This document shows, one piece after another, positions 1 to 12,626 of a stretch of 64,000 bases of DNA (within the stretch, counting starts at the first letter, position 1; every line of letters starts with the position of its first letter). The translations under genes were made by a program, and so were the position numbers. Source of the stretch: Chlorokybus atmophyticus (taxonomy: Eukaryota > Plantae > Mesostigma and Chlorokybus algae); assembly GCA_009103225.1 (NCBI GenBank), contig RHPI01003599.1, positions 295,859-359,858 of the forward strand. Reading direction: 5' to 3'. The notes under the pieces were generated by a model, which searched no databases, was not told the origin of the DNA, and saw nothing but the letters and a program-made list of their open reading frames with translations.

Positions 1-160
1 CTCTCTCTCTCTCTCTCTCTCGCTCTCGCTCTCGCTCTCGCTCTCGCTCTCGCTCTCGCTCGCTCTCCCTCTCGCTCTCGCTCTCGCTCGCTCTCGCTCT
101 CGCTCTCTCGCTCCCTCTCTCGCTCTCTCGCTCTCGCGCTCTCTCCCTCTCGCTCTCGCG

Positions 161-204
<44 letters not shown>
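1..204. repeat. (CT)n/(CTCGCT)n microsatellite
   Basis: Directly visible pyrimidine-rich simple repeat at the window start. Confidence 0.95.
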
Positions 205-213
<9 letters not shown>

Positions 214-563
214 AGTATCTCACTCTTGTCTTGTTTGATCCCCCCAGGTTATGACCAGCAGGGTGATGCGGAGGCCTGCTGCTGGACAGGCTAGGATAGC
301 GCTTCAGAGGCTGTCTGCGCCAACTTGACGGCCTGGAGGGTCCAAGCCCGTGCAGCCGCGCCCCCTCACAGAGGCTTTCGCGCAGTGTTGCCACATCCTT
401 CGCTCCTCCTTGGCCCATTCTTCTTTCCCCCAGACAGACCTCTAAAGCGCAGCACAGTGAAAGAGAGCAACAAGGACCTCTCGTTGTTGTCGATAGGTAG
501 GTAGTCTTAGGAGAGTATTGCTCAGTTGCAGTTGTTTAGTGTAGCTGGAGCGAGGGGACTGTT

Positions 564-645
564 TTTATTTGAGTAAGCTCAAGCTACAGTTGGTAACGAA
601 GTACTTTATTTGAGTAAGCTCAAGCTACAGTTGGTAACGAAGTAC
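564..645. repeat. 41-bp perfect tandem duplication
   Basis: TTTATTTGAGTAAGCTCAAGCTACAGTTGGTAACGAAGTAC occurs at 564-604 and 605-645. Confidence 0.9.
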
Positions 646-1068
646 TGGGGAGCCTCTCACCTCCAGAGCACAGCGCCGTGCCCAATGCCTCTCCTGCCTC
701 TTCTTTCACAGCGAGCACGCATGTTAGGGCTGTGTGTGCATAGTGACTGAATTCTGCGTAAATGATTATTCTTCCTTCTGAATGTTGCTGTTGCATCCGG
801 CAGCCAAACCCACAACAGGCTAGCGCTGGTGCTAGTGCACGCTGTTGAAAAGGAATGCGTGTGCTCACACTGCTATCAAGCTCCACAGCAGTGCTATGAC
901 AGTAGGAACAGCAGTTCAATCAATAACTAGTACTAAACAGCTCCCGAATCACATGAAGCATACAAATCAAAGCAAAATTGCACAAATCGCATGCAGCCTG
1001 ACTGGCAACATGATGGCCGATACAGCCAGTTTTGGTTAAGTGCCGCTCTTGACTGCCATTGCATTTGC

Positions 1069-2870
1069 TCACCATGCTGGACCCTCCGCAGTTTGTTGGC
1101 AACAATCATTGCCAAGTGGAGGGAGAACAGACCGCACACAGGCAGAACTAGCGCCTGAAAGTGCTGATATACCGCACAGAAAATTGAAATTCACAACCCG
1201 CACACACTGACTATGCACAGTTGCGTTGAAGTGGACCCTGTTTAGGACAAGCCAACAGCTCCTCGTGGCCTGTGTGGGCGCTGACGCAGATCGAAGAGGC
1301 GCACGATTGACGACTTCGCCGTATTTGGAGCCGGCGAGCACGGTCATTGCTAGACGCCGTGGCAGTGCATCAATATTAACAGCCATGGCACTGCAGACCT
1401 TCGCAACAAGCAGACAGTCGAAGCACAGGAGGAAAATGGCGCAGACGATGCGTTGAACGCAGTTAGACGCCGAAGGCAGGGAGAGCAGCACGAGCTCGGC
1501 AGCAAAAACGGCCCGTGGGACAAAGATCGACGCCGTCACGCCGGACAGGCAGTACACGCAGGCTAGGAGGGACCCGGAGTGCAGAAGATAAAGCCCCCAG
1601 CCAGCAACTGGGTGCATGCTGGGGACGATTCAGAGAGGTGCGAGGAATGCAAGAGCCAGACTGCAAAAGCCAGCGGCTTCGCCTGGTGGGGAAGGAGTAG
1701 CGAGACTGGCCTGCACCATGCCCACCGGTGCCCGCGCACCTTGCGTGCTAGAGCGACTGCTAGCAATGCAAGCACCACCGACCCTACCGCTCCGACTACC
1801 GCCGCAGGCAACTCCACCAAGTACCCCAGCAGCGCTCTTCGCGTCTCATGCCATTGATACGGCAACTGCAAAGGGCAACAACAGAATTATCAGCCCCAGA
1901 GACAGCGCCTGCAGACTCACGGCTTCTTTCCATCAGCTGCAAAAGGTGAAGAGAGCAGTTACCGACTGAGCATGCAAGTATAGTGGACAGGCGAGTATCG
2001 ACAAACTAACCCATGCAAGCAAGACGAAGCACGATGACATTGATTGGAAGGGGTGTGCCAAGCTGTGAAGCGAGCGAGGAACGAGCAGTGCACGGCACGA
2101 AATTCAGTAGTTCTCGGGAGGAAGCGCTCCACCAGTACCAAGGCTTGAGCTGCGACATGCCGGGGAAGGTGATGACGGACTTGGCAGAGCAGGGGACCTC
2201 CCACTGGAAGCGCTGTTAGTAGTACAACTGGTCCATTTGATAGCCAAAAGGCAAGCGGAACAGCCATGGGCCTGTGGAGGCGCGTCGGGGTTGAAGAGCG
2301 GCGCTCCAAGCAAGCCCCCGAAGTTGGAGTTGAGGAATCCTTGGTCGCCACCATCATAAGATTTGAGCGCATGCGTGCGTACGTGCGAGCATGTCCATGA
2401 GAGTGTCATTTGAGGGCGCGAGGACCACGAGCCCCATGTGAAGTATGCATGGGTTGATGAAGGATGAGCAGCAGTCCCCGCACTTGAATAGCTTGTCCAC
2501 GTCCCTCAGAAACAGATTGTCCGCGTCCAGCAGCACCCTCTTGTACTCCGTCAACCCCCACGCCCATAACTGCGGCAATGAACACCCAGCAATAAAGCTC
2601 GGCCCCCTGTCGGCATTGGCAACTAGAAACGACGAGCCACAGTGATCGCATTGCCAAAGTAATGGCATACACTGACACAAATACTTTTTGGGTTACCAAC
2701 AGCCGCATTGGCAGCTAGTAAGCCGGTTCACAATGCGCTGACAGCTTAGCTGCAAATTCAGCTGCGATGCACACCGAAAGCTCAATGCGAGTGTAATACT
2801 CGAAGCAGAACGTAAAAATAGACTGCTACATTGTGCAAACAGCGAGAGAGAGCGAGAGAGAGCGAGAGAG

Positions 2871-2901
<31 letters not shown>

Positions 2902-3353
2902 CGCACCTTCATGGCGTGGACGAAGCGGGGGTCGTTGCGCCGCTGTTTAGCATAGGGATTGGAGCATTCTCCACTTCAACAACGCGTACTTTGTCCTCAC
3001 GAGCCAACACCTCCCTCCACTTGACGAAAAGTTGAGACTCACCAGGGCCACCAGGTCCTGCTGCGTCCCGAACGACCTTAGGCTCCTGAGCATCACCCTC
3101 GTGGCCTCGAAGAACTCGTAGTCTCGGGTCGTCCCCAGCGTACAATATCGCCGCATAGGCATTCTCGTTCTTTGCCTCACCCTTCTCCTCCCTGGCCAAC
3201 AAACTCCTCAGCGTCTCGTAGGATGACAATACTGTTGGAGAAGCCAAGCTCGTTTCCCCCGGCTGCCTCTACGACTTGGCCGCACCAGCAGCAGACCAAT
3301 AGTGCAGCAGCCAGCAGCGCCCACTGGAGGCGGAGGCGGACGCCTCCCTCCAT
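1069..3353 (-). pseudogene. PGSIP8: GT8 glycosyltransferase, PGSIP7/8-like, disabled
   Basis: Signal peptide from ATG 3353, then NAYAAILY, GTTRDYEFFEATRVMLRSL, LDADNLFL (DxD) with FINPCILHMGL, DGGDQGFLNS, RLPFGYQMD, VITFPG..LKPWYWWS, WHETRRALLGY and HPVAGWGLYLL. These are collinear with plant PGSIP7/8 but interrupted by several frameshifts (~3135, ~3030, ~2960, ~2270) and an in-frame TAA (YY*QRFQW). The 3' end is approximate. Confidence 0.85.
2843..2901. repeat. (GA)n microsatellite in GT8 intron
   Basis: Directly visible. Confidence 0.9.
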
Positions 3354-3360
3354 GCTTGCG

Positions 3361-3661
3361 NNNNNNNNNNNNNNNNNNNNNNNNNNNNNNNNNNNNNNNN
3401 NNNNNNNNNNNNNNNNNNNNNNNNNNNNNNNNNNNNNNNNNNNNNNNNNNNNNNNNNNNNNNNNNNNNNNNNNNNNNNNNNNNNNNNNNNNNNNNNNNNN
3501 NNNNNNNNNNNNNNNNNNNNNNNNNNNNNNNNNNNNNNNNNNNNNNNNNNNNNNNNNNNNNNNNNNNNNNNNNNNNNNNNNNNNNNNNNNNNNNNNNNNN
3601 NNNNNNNNNNNNNNNNNNNNNNNNNNNNNNNNNNNNNNNNNNNNNNNNNNNNNNNNNNNNN
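3361..3661. other. assembly gap (N run)
   Basis: N characters. Confidence 1.
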
Positions 3662-4038
3662 CTCTCTCGCTCTCCCTCTCCCTCACGCCGCCACCCCAAT
3701 GCCGTCTTCCCCCCACAGCGCACCTACGAAGCTCCTTCACCACGCCCCTCCTCCCCCTCCTCCCCTCCATACTCCTCCCCCTCCTGCTCCTCGGCCTCCT
3801 TCTCCTTCTTCGCCGCCGCCGCCGCCTGGTTGTGCCTACAGGCAGCCACTGTCTCTCCCCTTCTCTACGCCGCGCCAGCTGGCGTTTGTTGCTGCTGGCG
3901 TCAGGACACTTTGCCGCGGGAAGGTGCAATACGTTAACCTTGAAAGTGCTAGTTGCCAGCTGGCAGGTTGTTAGCTACGTGGCGGCGGCGGCGGCGGAGT
4001 TGTGCGCAAGCAGTTAGTGCGGGTCGTTGGCTGGCGGC

Positions 4039-5504
4039 ATGGATGTGGGGTCCATAGAGGTGGCGCTGGGGAGAGACCTGACGTGGTTGGAGAGGCAGTG
4101 GGCCACGCACACAGCTGGCTGGACGCCCAACCAGCTGTTCTGCCTCACATTCGTCTACCTGCTCGCCGTGGTCTTGCTTGGGAACGCCCCCTACGCTTTG
4201 CTAGACCTTTGGAGACCAGCCTTCAGTGAAAAGTAATCACAGCGGTCCAGAAACTGCGTCTCCTCTTGTGTGTGCATGTGTTCGCTCAGTTGTGCTCTTC
4301 CCAGATGCCGTTGCGAAGTGCTTGGCATGGCTTGCACTGGACTTCAGCTGAAGCAGCTTAGCTGAGTTGTCACATGGCAATTACTTACTTGCATGTGTGT
4401 TGCATGGCTGTTTGCTTGACATGTTCGTTGAACACGCATGCAGGTACCGGTTGCAAGTTGCTTCTGAGGCAGAAGCGCAGCGCACGCCGGCATCGTTGTT
4501 TAGGGTTTTCAGGGATGTGCTGCTGCTTTTCCTAGTTGTGGTGCTGCCGCTGCAACTGACCTCCTTCCCGGTCTTTAACATAGCTGGCATCCGCACCGGC
4601 TACCCGCTGCCCACCGGTTGGGAGATTCTATTGCACTTGGTTATCTGTTTTATTGTTGAAGACTATGGCAATTACTGGATACACCGTTGGATGCACTCCC
4701 CATGGTATGACTTATCCAATGCTGCTTGTGCAACATGCATGCACGTGCGCTGTACTGTTGTGAAGCTTGCATGCACTACAGGCTTTACAACAAGATCCAC
4801 TACATGCATCACGAGTACACGGCGCCAGTTTCAATGTGTGCCTCGTACGCTCATCCCATAGAGATTATTGCACTCGGGCTGCCCACCTTTGCCGGGCCTG
4901 CGCTTCTCGGCTGCCACTTGATTACGCTCTGGCTGTGGATACCGCTACGAGCTCTGGAAGCTACTGAGACACACAGCGGGTGAGTGAAACTGAGTATCAC
5001 CAAGCTGTGTTACTGAGTGTTGCGAACTCAAGTATGCTGATTGCTTGCTTGCTTGTTTGTGTCACCAGGTACGACTTTCCTTGGACTTTCACCAAGTTGA
5101 TCCCCTTTTATGGTGGAGCTGAGCACCACGACTACCATCACTTTGTTGGCGGCACAAGCCGCAACAATTTTGCGTCGGTGTTTACTTACTGTGACTGGTT
5201 GTATGGCACAGACAAGGCAAGTTGTTGCTCAATTGGGCTGTCGTATTGCACAGTTAGTGATCAACTTGACTGTGTAAGGTCTAATTTTGCTCTTGTTGAC
5301 AGGGTTATCGAGCATACAAAAGCCTTGTCAAGGTACTGCTCTCTTCATTGTACTCCTCTTGAGCTCTGTGCGTGTCCATCTTTGCCGTTCTTCTCCTGAC
5401 ATATGTTGGTTGTGCTGCAGAAACAAAAAGTGCAGCCTGTGAGTGCAGATTTGGGAGAGCATGGTATCAATGGCACTGCGCATTTGCATGCCAAGGAACA
5501 GTAG
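4039..5504 (+). CDS. SMO1: C4-sterol methyl oxidase, SMO1 type
   Basis: Exons 4039-4232, 4444-4704, 4782-4979, 5069-5216, 5303-5332 and 5421-5504 join in frame. The three His boxes are HRWMH, HYMHH and HHDYHH, with DYGNYW, THSGYDFPW and YGTDKGYR. The N-terminus EVALGRDLTWLERQW is typical of plant SMO1. Confidence 0.92.
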
Positions 5505-6493
5505 TGGTTGTTGTAGTGCTTAGATCATTGAATACACCAATAATGCACATGTACAGTTGGTGTGCCAGGCGCTGTACACATTGGTCAGGCATATTCACGT
5601 TAAACACTTGCCATCCTGTTGGGTATAATTGAGCGATAATTCTAGGACACTATCAGTCGTAATGCCATAACCAACGTGAAGATGCCTTGAGGTAATCACT
5701 GCAACAGACGATTGTATAGACGCTGTCACTCACGCTATGTGTCAGTCCACGCGTTGCATGGCAGATATGTGCATCTGCACACTTGTCTTTGAGAACTTGG
5801 TTGTTGGTAGCATGGATATCGTGCATGCGGGCAGATGCAGCATTGCCTAGTTGCCATTGACCCAGTTGAAGGGTTAAAGGCAGGAAACAGCTAGGCAGTG
5901 ACATGGTCAAAAAAGCCAACCTGCCATGGAAGACTGGGCGTACACCGAAAATCTGGGCCCCAGCTCAGCATTGCCGACATTGATGCAGAAGCCAAAGAGA
6001 CGGCCCATCTATGCCCAACCATCCCTGTTGTGCTGGGTGGAGCAGAAGTTGTGGCAAAGTGCAGAATGCCACTGAGGTTGGTAACTGCAACAACACGACA
6101 GCCTGCATAGGGGTCCTTTTCTCAGGAGCATGGTTGCATGAAAGCAACACCATCAGCTCGCTACATGAGGACTGAGGCAGGCAAGTCATCATCAGCCCAG
6201 CCCACGACATGGCCAAAATGTTACACAATCATATCACACAATCGACCACTTTCATACATTTGCCAAGCACCCGACTTCTGACACCACAGCATATCTCTTA
6301 TTAATCTGTGCCTGTCCCTATATTGCACAGTCTGCATCTCTCATCTGCGCATCAACACCTTTCTGACCACCTTTCTGATATGCACATAACCAGCGACTTC
6401 CACTAGTGATAGCTGCACAAGCTGTGCACCAATAGCACCGGTCAAACATAGCTCACAGGAAGGCTATGCCACAACTTCAATACTTGTTCCCCG

Positions 6494-8402
6494 CTACGCC
6501 GGTGTTGGCAACGAGTTGTGCGCATACTCATCCTGGGCAAAGTACTTCCCAGCAACGGCAATCAGGATGTTGAGGTGCGGCAACATATCCCTTGGCACAC
6601 CCTGCACGCAATGCGCATAAGAACATGCAGATACTCATTTTAGCTCAGTGAAGACAGCACAACTCACAAAGCACATCAGGATTGCCCAAACGACTGCTGA
6701 TCATACCTGGTCGGCCCGCAGAGTTGCACAATGCCGTAACAGAGACCTCAGGGCAGCGGCTGTGCTGGCATCGATGGGCATGTCCAATCGTGCGCAGAGT
6801 GCAAACAGCCAGCTGGCTCGATGCGGCGTCAGCACTGCATGGGTATTCTCAAGATTCCACACATGTCGCCGCAACATCGCTGCCGTCGTCGCCTGTGCAA
6901 GCCGCATCAGTCTCAGTGTGTGTTGTCGTTTGACTAGTGTTGCAGCTTGCGCTTGTATGCCTGTCAACAGTGTGAATTGTCATATGTACTTATGACTGAC
7001 CTCGTCTAGTCTAAGGAGCAGTCCCAGGAGCGGTGGCACTGGTCCTCCATCCGAGCGGTCCTCATAGTTCACGCTAAGAGACCCTGATGTTGCATCTTCA
7101 GCCTGATGCTCTGAATTTGACTGCAAGCGAAATGAGCATGGTAAGAGTCGGGCAATGAACAACCCAACAATTGACTTGAGAGGTTAACGCAGCCGCAGCA
7201 AGTTGCACCTACCTGCACAGAGCGGAAGCACAATGCATCCCACGCACGCGCGTCTGTTGTGGGTGGGATGCGCAAGTCCGGCAGGTGGGACGTCGTTGGC
7301 ATCTCGACATGTGCTAGTGCCTGGGCATGGCAGTTGCATTGCCATATAAATGATTCACCACAACTGATGTAGATGGTGCACATGGATGCGTATAATACAC
7401 AAGCATTGACCATGGACACAAACCACGACACTTACCGCACGCAGTTCGGCAAAATCTTTTAGAAATGCTGCTTCCCAGTCAGGGCGAGGTCGCGCGTAGT
7501 CTGGTGCAGAGGAGGCATCTGGTACTGAGCTAACAGATGGCACATATGAAGTGCGCTTGGCATCGTATTGTCGCGGATTGATGTTCTTGGCTGTTACTAT
7601 CTTTGGGCACTGTGCTGCCTCCCAGCTGCACGCAAAGACACAGCTGCTTATGAACTGAAGCAAACCCATCAGTACTATCACTACTGTCACCGTTAGTGTA
7701 CACTCGATGGGGGTGGGGGTAAAGATGCTCACCGCACACGGCGTAAGTACTCTGCACCATCCGCGGGAGGCCCTGCGCTGAAATCGGGCTCACCGCCAAC
7801 GTCCAGGGCTTGTGTCTGAGCTTGTCACTCTCAGTATGGGCGTACAGCAGTGCATGTTACCACACACGTGCACATGCTGGGATGCGCATGAACGCACATA
7901 ATAACACTCTGCGGCAGCATGCAATTGCAAACTTTTGCCATGCATCGCTCATGCATCGCTCATCCGCCATGCATAAAATCAAACACATCAACAGCTGATG
8001 TGCACTGCTAGTACTCTGGGAAGCACGCACGCTACAACGGCAGTGCTCAAACCACGCAAGGTAAGTTGGTAAGTACTGGCTACCAATGCCAAGTTCAGTT
8101 GTGGAAACTTTGCCTTTTCCATCAAACCCGGAAACAAAACAAGCTGATGAGGGAGTGACATCTTTGACGGGAATCATGATACATGCAGTAACTACTGACT
8201 TTCTTGAGCATCGTGTCAAGCCTTCAATGCAATGCTTCACAGAGCCATTCTGCCCTAATGTTACCTGCAGCGTCTCTTCCTCTCCGCTGTCATCCTCCTC
8301 GCCTTCCGCGCTGCCGCCCGCGTAATACGCCTCTTCTTCGTCCTCTCCCAAAGCCAGCCTGCCCAGGGCGCTCCCTACACGGCTGAATTCCGGATCCGCC
8401 AT
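6494..8402 (-). CDS. GEMIN2: Gem-associated protein 2 (SMN complex, SIP1 family)
   Basis: Acidic N-terminus, hallmark GEPDFSAGPPADGAEYLRRVR|WEAAQCPKIVTA, then PRPDWEAAFLKDFAELR, PPLLGLLLRLDEV, ASWLFALCARLDMPIDASTAAALRSLLRHCA and C-terminal LNILIAVAGKYFAQDE. Stop at 6494. Confidence 0.88.
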
Positions 8403-8887
8403 GTGGGCGTAACGACTGCGCCGGTGTCAAGCGACGCTAACAATGCTTGACAACGCCTGGCTTTCTACTCGTGAATGAAGTGGCAATGGCAGTGCACAAA
8501 CGCCTGTGCACGAAACCAGTGAGTACCTTGCACGTTGAGCGTAAAAAATGGATGTCCACAACCTTAAGCACGCTGAGCCATGGCCATGATTGCACATGCA
8601 GTTGAAACGCCAAGACGAGTATTTCAGCTGAGCATGGCTAACAGACGCTGTGGTTGTGTCGCTTACCACAGCAGCAGTGAAGGAGGGGCCTGAGCAACCA
8701 CCCCAGCTGCTCAGCTCTGGTAAAGAGCAGCAGCGCCGTCCTTACGCACAAGCAGTCCCCCCCCCGCCTGGCGCCTAATCACACACTTGCCGCCGCAGTG
8801 ACACTCTCCGACTAGCTGACACCGCAATCACAACCGCCGACAACGACGACGACACCGTCCACGCTTACGACTGCTCCACTCAAGTGC

Positions 8888-8896
8888 TTAGGGTTT
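8888..8896 (-). promoter_or_regulatory. telo-box (AAACCCTAA) in GEMIN2/F-box divergent promoter
   Basis: Exact TTAGGGTTT between two head-to-head genes. Confidence 0.5.
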
Positions 8897-9460
8897 CGCT
8901 TTAGACTGACGCTTTTCGTTGGATATTTTTGTGGGTTTGTGTGGGCTTTGCGTCACAACATTTGTACGGCCGCTGCTTCTTAGGTGCGGCTTGTGCGATA
9001 ACGCACAAGCCGCACACGTGTACGGCGAATTGGCCTGCGTTGGCCTGGTCTGGCCTGGCCTGGTCGGGTCTGGCCTGCTTGGTCTCTTAGCCTTTCCTGC
9101 TGCTCCGGTCTGTGTGCTGCTTGCGTGGAGCGGAGCCAGCAGCGTGCAACTTGGCTAGAGAAGTGGATGGCCTCGCTGTGGTGCGTCCATGTTAGCTTGA
9201 GCTTGAGCGGTGCTGCTATGGATCAAGCAAGCAACGCAAGCAAGCTACAGTGTAGCAAAGCGGTCGAGCAAACCCAACAACCAAGTCAACAGCCAAGAAA
9301 CTGAGCACCCAAGTAAGTAAGCAAGCGAGCTAGGAAGCCAGCCAGCCAGCCAGCAAGTAAGCCAGCATTGGCAGCAAGGCAGCCAGAGCAAGCAGCTGTG
9401 CAAACAAGCATACAACCAATCAAGGACACGGACAGCGACGGTAGCAGCGACAGCGACGGC

Positions 9461-11610
9461 ATGGAGGCTCCCTGGTTGGAGCAAGCTGCCAACGGCGCTG
9501 CCGGTGGCCGGTCGCCGGCGCAGGGCTGGCGAAGGGGAGGCAGCAGCTCCGCATCCAGAAGGTGAGCGGTGGCGGGAGTCTGCTGCTAGCAGGCGGACTG
9601 TGAGTGCAATTGTGTACAGTCGCACACTACAGCACTTTGAACGCTGTAGACCTTGGTGTCAAGTAAGCAGCGAGATTTGTTCACGCAGCTGATTGCTATG
9701 GGCTTCAGTTTGTCGCACAGATTTACGCATAGGAACTGGCACAGCAGCATGGTCCTGTGACCTGTGACCTGTGCCAAGCAGCGACAATGCCGACATGTGT
9801 CAACTTTGAGATGCTAGTTGAAACTGCACAGAGTGTTGTAAGTACATGCAGCTGCTGCTTACACATGTTCAGCATGCACAGGTTGGTGCTGCCATCTTCC
9901 TCGTCCTCATCCTCTCCATCGTCATCACTGTCCTCGTCGCCCACGTCGCATGCCTCCCCGTGCATCCATTTTACAGCCGACGGTTGCAAAGCTTTGAGCT
10001 TCAAGCAGGCTGCCGCTGAATGTGATCATTCACTTAGTCAAAGCAGACACTGCAGCGATGACAGCAGCAGCGATGGCGGGGTCGAGCTACCAGGCAGCGT
10101 GTTGAGGAACATCTTCGCTCGCCTGGATGCAGCGAGCCTTGCAAAGGTAGTATAGTCTGCTTGGCATTGCTCGTTAAGAAACCTTTCTTGATACGTGTTA
10201 CATTGTTGTCTGCAATGCAGGCAAGCTGCACTTGTGTATTCTGGCGAGACGTGGCATACGATGATCTGCTGTGGGAGCAGCATTGCCTTCAGCGCTGGCC
10301 TGCTGCGAACAAGGTACAACATAGTCTCACGTCTGTAGATGTGTTTGTTGTTGGGGAACATACATACACATCAGCATTGTGAGCAAAACGTCTCCCTAAT
10401 TTAAGTCTGCGTTCAGTGAGTTGATATCATGAGTGGATGTAAACACAGCTTTCAGCGAGGCTGACTTTGCATGCAATGCTGGTTGCAGGTGTTGCAAAAG
10501 CTTGGGGCAGCTTCGTACCGGCAGTTGTTCGAGCGCCTGGCTCAAGCAGGGCCGGCGAGGCATGTCCGTGGAGAGGATGATGCCAGCACCAAGATCCAGG
10601 ATCTGTCCTTCTTTGTAAACTATTACTGTTGTGGACGGCCGCTTGTTTCTGAGCTGCTGTCAGAGGGCCGCAGGTACTTGTGTCGAATGCACTCAAGTGT
10701 TCACATACGCTTGCAGGCACATGCACATACGCATGTGCACACGCGCGCGCACACAGGCACACGCGCACGCGCATGTGCGCACACGCAGGCGCACATGCAT
10801 ATGAGACAGGACACAGTCAGTCAGCCACAAACCTGTTGCGGGTTTGCGCACACCACATGGTGTCCATAGCAATGTATTGCTATGGACGCGCATGTTGTGA
10901 GCCTTCTGTTGGTTGCAGTTAACCATTTGCATCTAACACCGAGTTGCAGGTTGGGCAGGCGCTATGTGCATGACGAATTTAACTTGCGTGTGCCGTTTGG
11001 GCGCTGTGTGACGTGCGTGCCGTCACACCAGACGCCTAACAGAAAACACATGGCTCGTGCAACATGGCATGTCATTAAGCACTCCACTGGCAAGACCGCG
11101 TGCATATTGGATGCATCGTCAGAGCTCTACTCCGATGCACTTGATGTTGATGATGGCCAGGTAGGCGGAGACCTAGGTGCATGCATGGCGAATCGCTAAT
11201 AACTGCTCTTATTGCCCGTCAACACCAAGCAATCAATGTCTATGACATGTAATTGGTAACCTCAACACCTTGATTGATCAGCACTACAGTTGCTATCTGT
11301 GACGTTTTGTGTTGCATCATGACTTCTGATAGTCTTTCACTCACTTTCACAAAACAGAGGAGAACATGTGGAGCTCTGCATATTGCGGAGGCTGTATTCC
11401 TGAGAGATCTGTGTTGTGCAGGTGCGCCTGTTCATGAAAAGGCTGCCATCCATCTGGAGAATTATTAGAGTTTATGCCTGCGTGGACTGGCAACTTACGG
11501 CTGCTGGTTGTTGCGATCACATGCAACTGTCGCTGCGCTTCAGTCACGGCTATGTATCGTGCCAGGCATTCTGCAAACTGGTTGATGAGCTGCCATTCAT
11601 CTGGACATAG
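9461..11610 (+). CDS. F-box protein
   Basis: The spliced F-box motif is LPGSVLRNIFARLDAASLAK|ASCTCVFWRDVAYDDLLWEQHCLQRWP. Further exons lie at ~10490-10674, ~10950-11160 and ~11422-11610. Start and C-terminal exons are less certain. Confidence 0.7.
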
Positions 11611-12626
11611 GCCACTTTATTGCTTTTGCCGAACGCGGATGCTTGTATTGACCCAGTTTGTCTATGGAGGGGTAGTCTCTTTTGTACATCAAACGCGCGG
11701 TGCATATGACCATGCATTGAACATGTAACGAATGAGGAATGAGAATCGGCACAGCATCACACAGCAGCCATGAACACGATAAGCCAACAACCGGGCTACA
11801 CAACTATGCCACTACTCTACTCTATCTATACCACCCCCGTTAGTCATGCAAATTAGTACATGCAATTCCGTATTAGCCAGCACTGGCAGCCAACGCATGT
11901 CAATGACAATGGAGGTTGAGAGATTCCAAATTACTTGCACGCATGTGCAGCTAGTTAGTCTTCCAGGTCTTGACGTCAGCAAGGAGCATGAGCAGACGGA
12001 CTCCCACTCCCACTCCCACTCTCCCGTTCTTCTTCACCCACACCCTCACTTCCGCCGTCCCCTGGCAGTCCATCGTGTAACCCTCGTCCAGGGCCCCTCT
12101 GCCCTGCCCCTTCGGCAGCAGCGGTGCTTGTGAGTCTTGGCAGTTGGTAAAAATGTCGTTGCTGGCAGTTAGGTGCTGCTGGTCGCTCGTGTCATTGGTT
12201 GATTCATGCACGCAACTGCAACCGTAGGTACTTTTGTGCCTGCTTGTGGTTGTCTGAGGGCGCAGGCGCATAGTGTTGATGTAGGCTAGCTTACAGCACA
12301 TATTGCACTGGTTGGTATAGTGCGGTGTTGCATCATGTTTTGCTCCTGGATCGCGCAACATTTTTAGTGAGTAAAAACCTGTCTGCATCTTGCGCATGAA
12401 GCTTGTTTGTGCATGGGATCACGCCTGGATGCATGAAGACACCCCCGCTGACCAGCCAAACGTGCACAGGCATGGTCATGCCTGTCTGCGACACTGACAT
12501 TGCTCACTATATGTATGTATAGTTGTACTGTGCACTATTAGCAAAGAATAGATCCGTTGTCACCAGCCATAGAGACATGCACGTATCACTTCTGGTAACT
12601 TATTGCAACATGGTGTACATCGACTG

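Noticed and set aside
3172-4017. Long ORFs spanning N runs (also 31035-32284 and 55973-56457)
   Set aside because: They are open only because N codons cannot be stops.
4500-4508. TTAGGGTTT in SMO1 exon 2 (and AAACCCTAG at 24221 in the Lhca1 intron)
   Set aside because: One is within coding sequence and the other is imperfect, so chance is likely. Neither is an interstitial telomere array.
9030-9400. TGGCC/TGGTC pentamer and CAAG/CCAG tetramer runs upstream of the F-box gene
   Set aside because: Degenerate simple repeats with no unique spacers, so not CRISPR-like.
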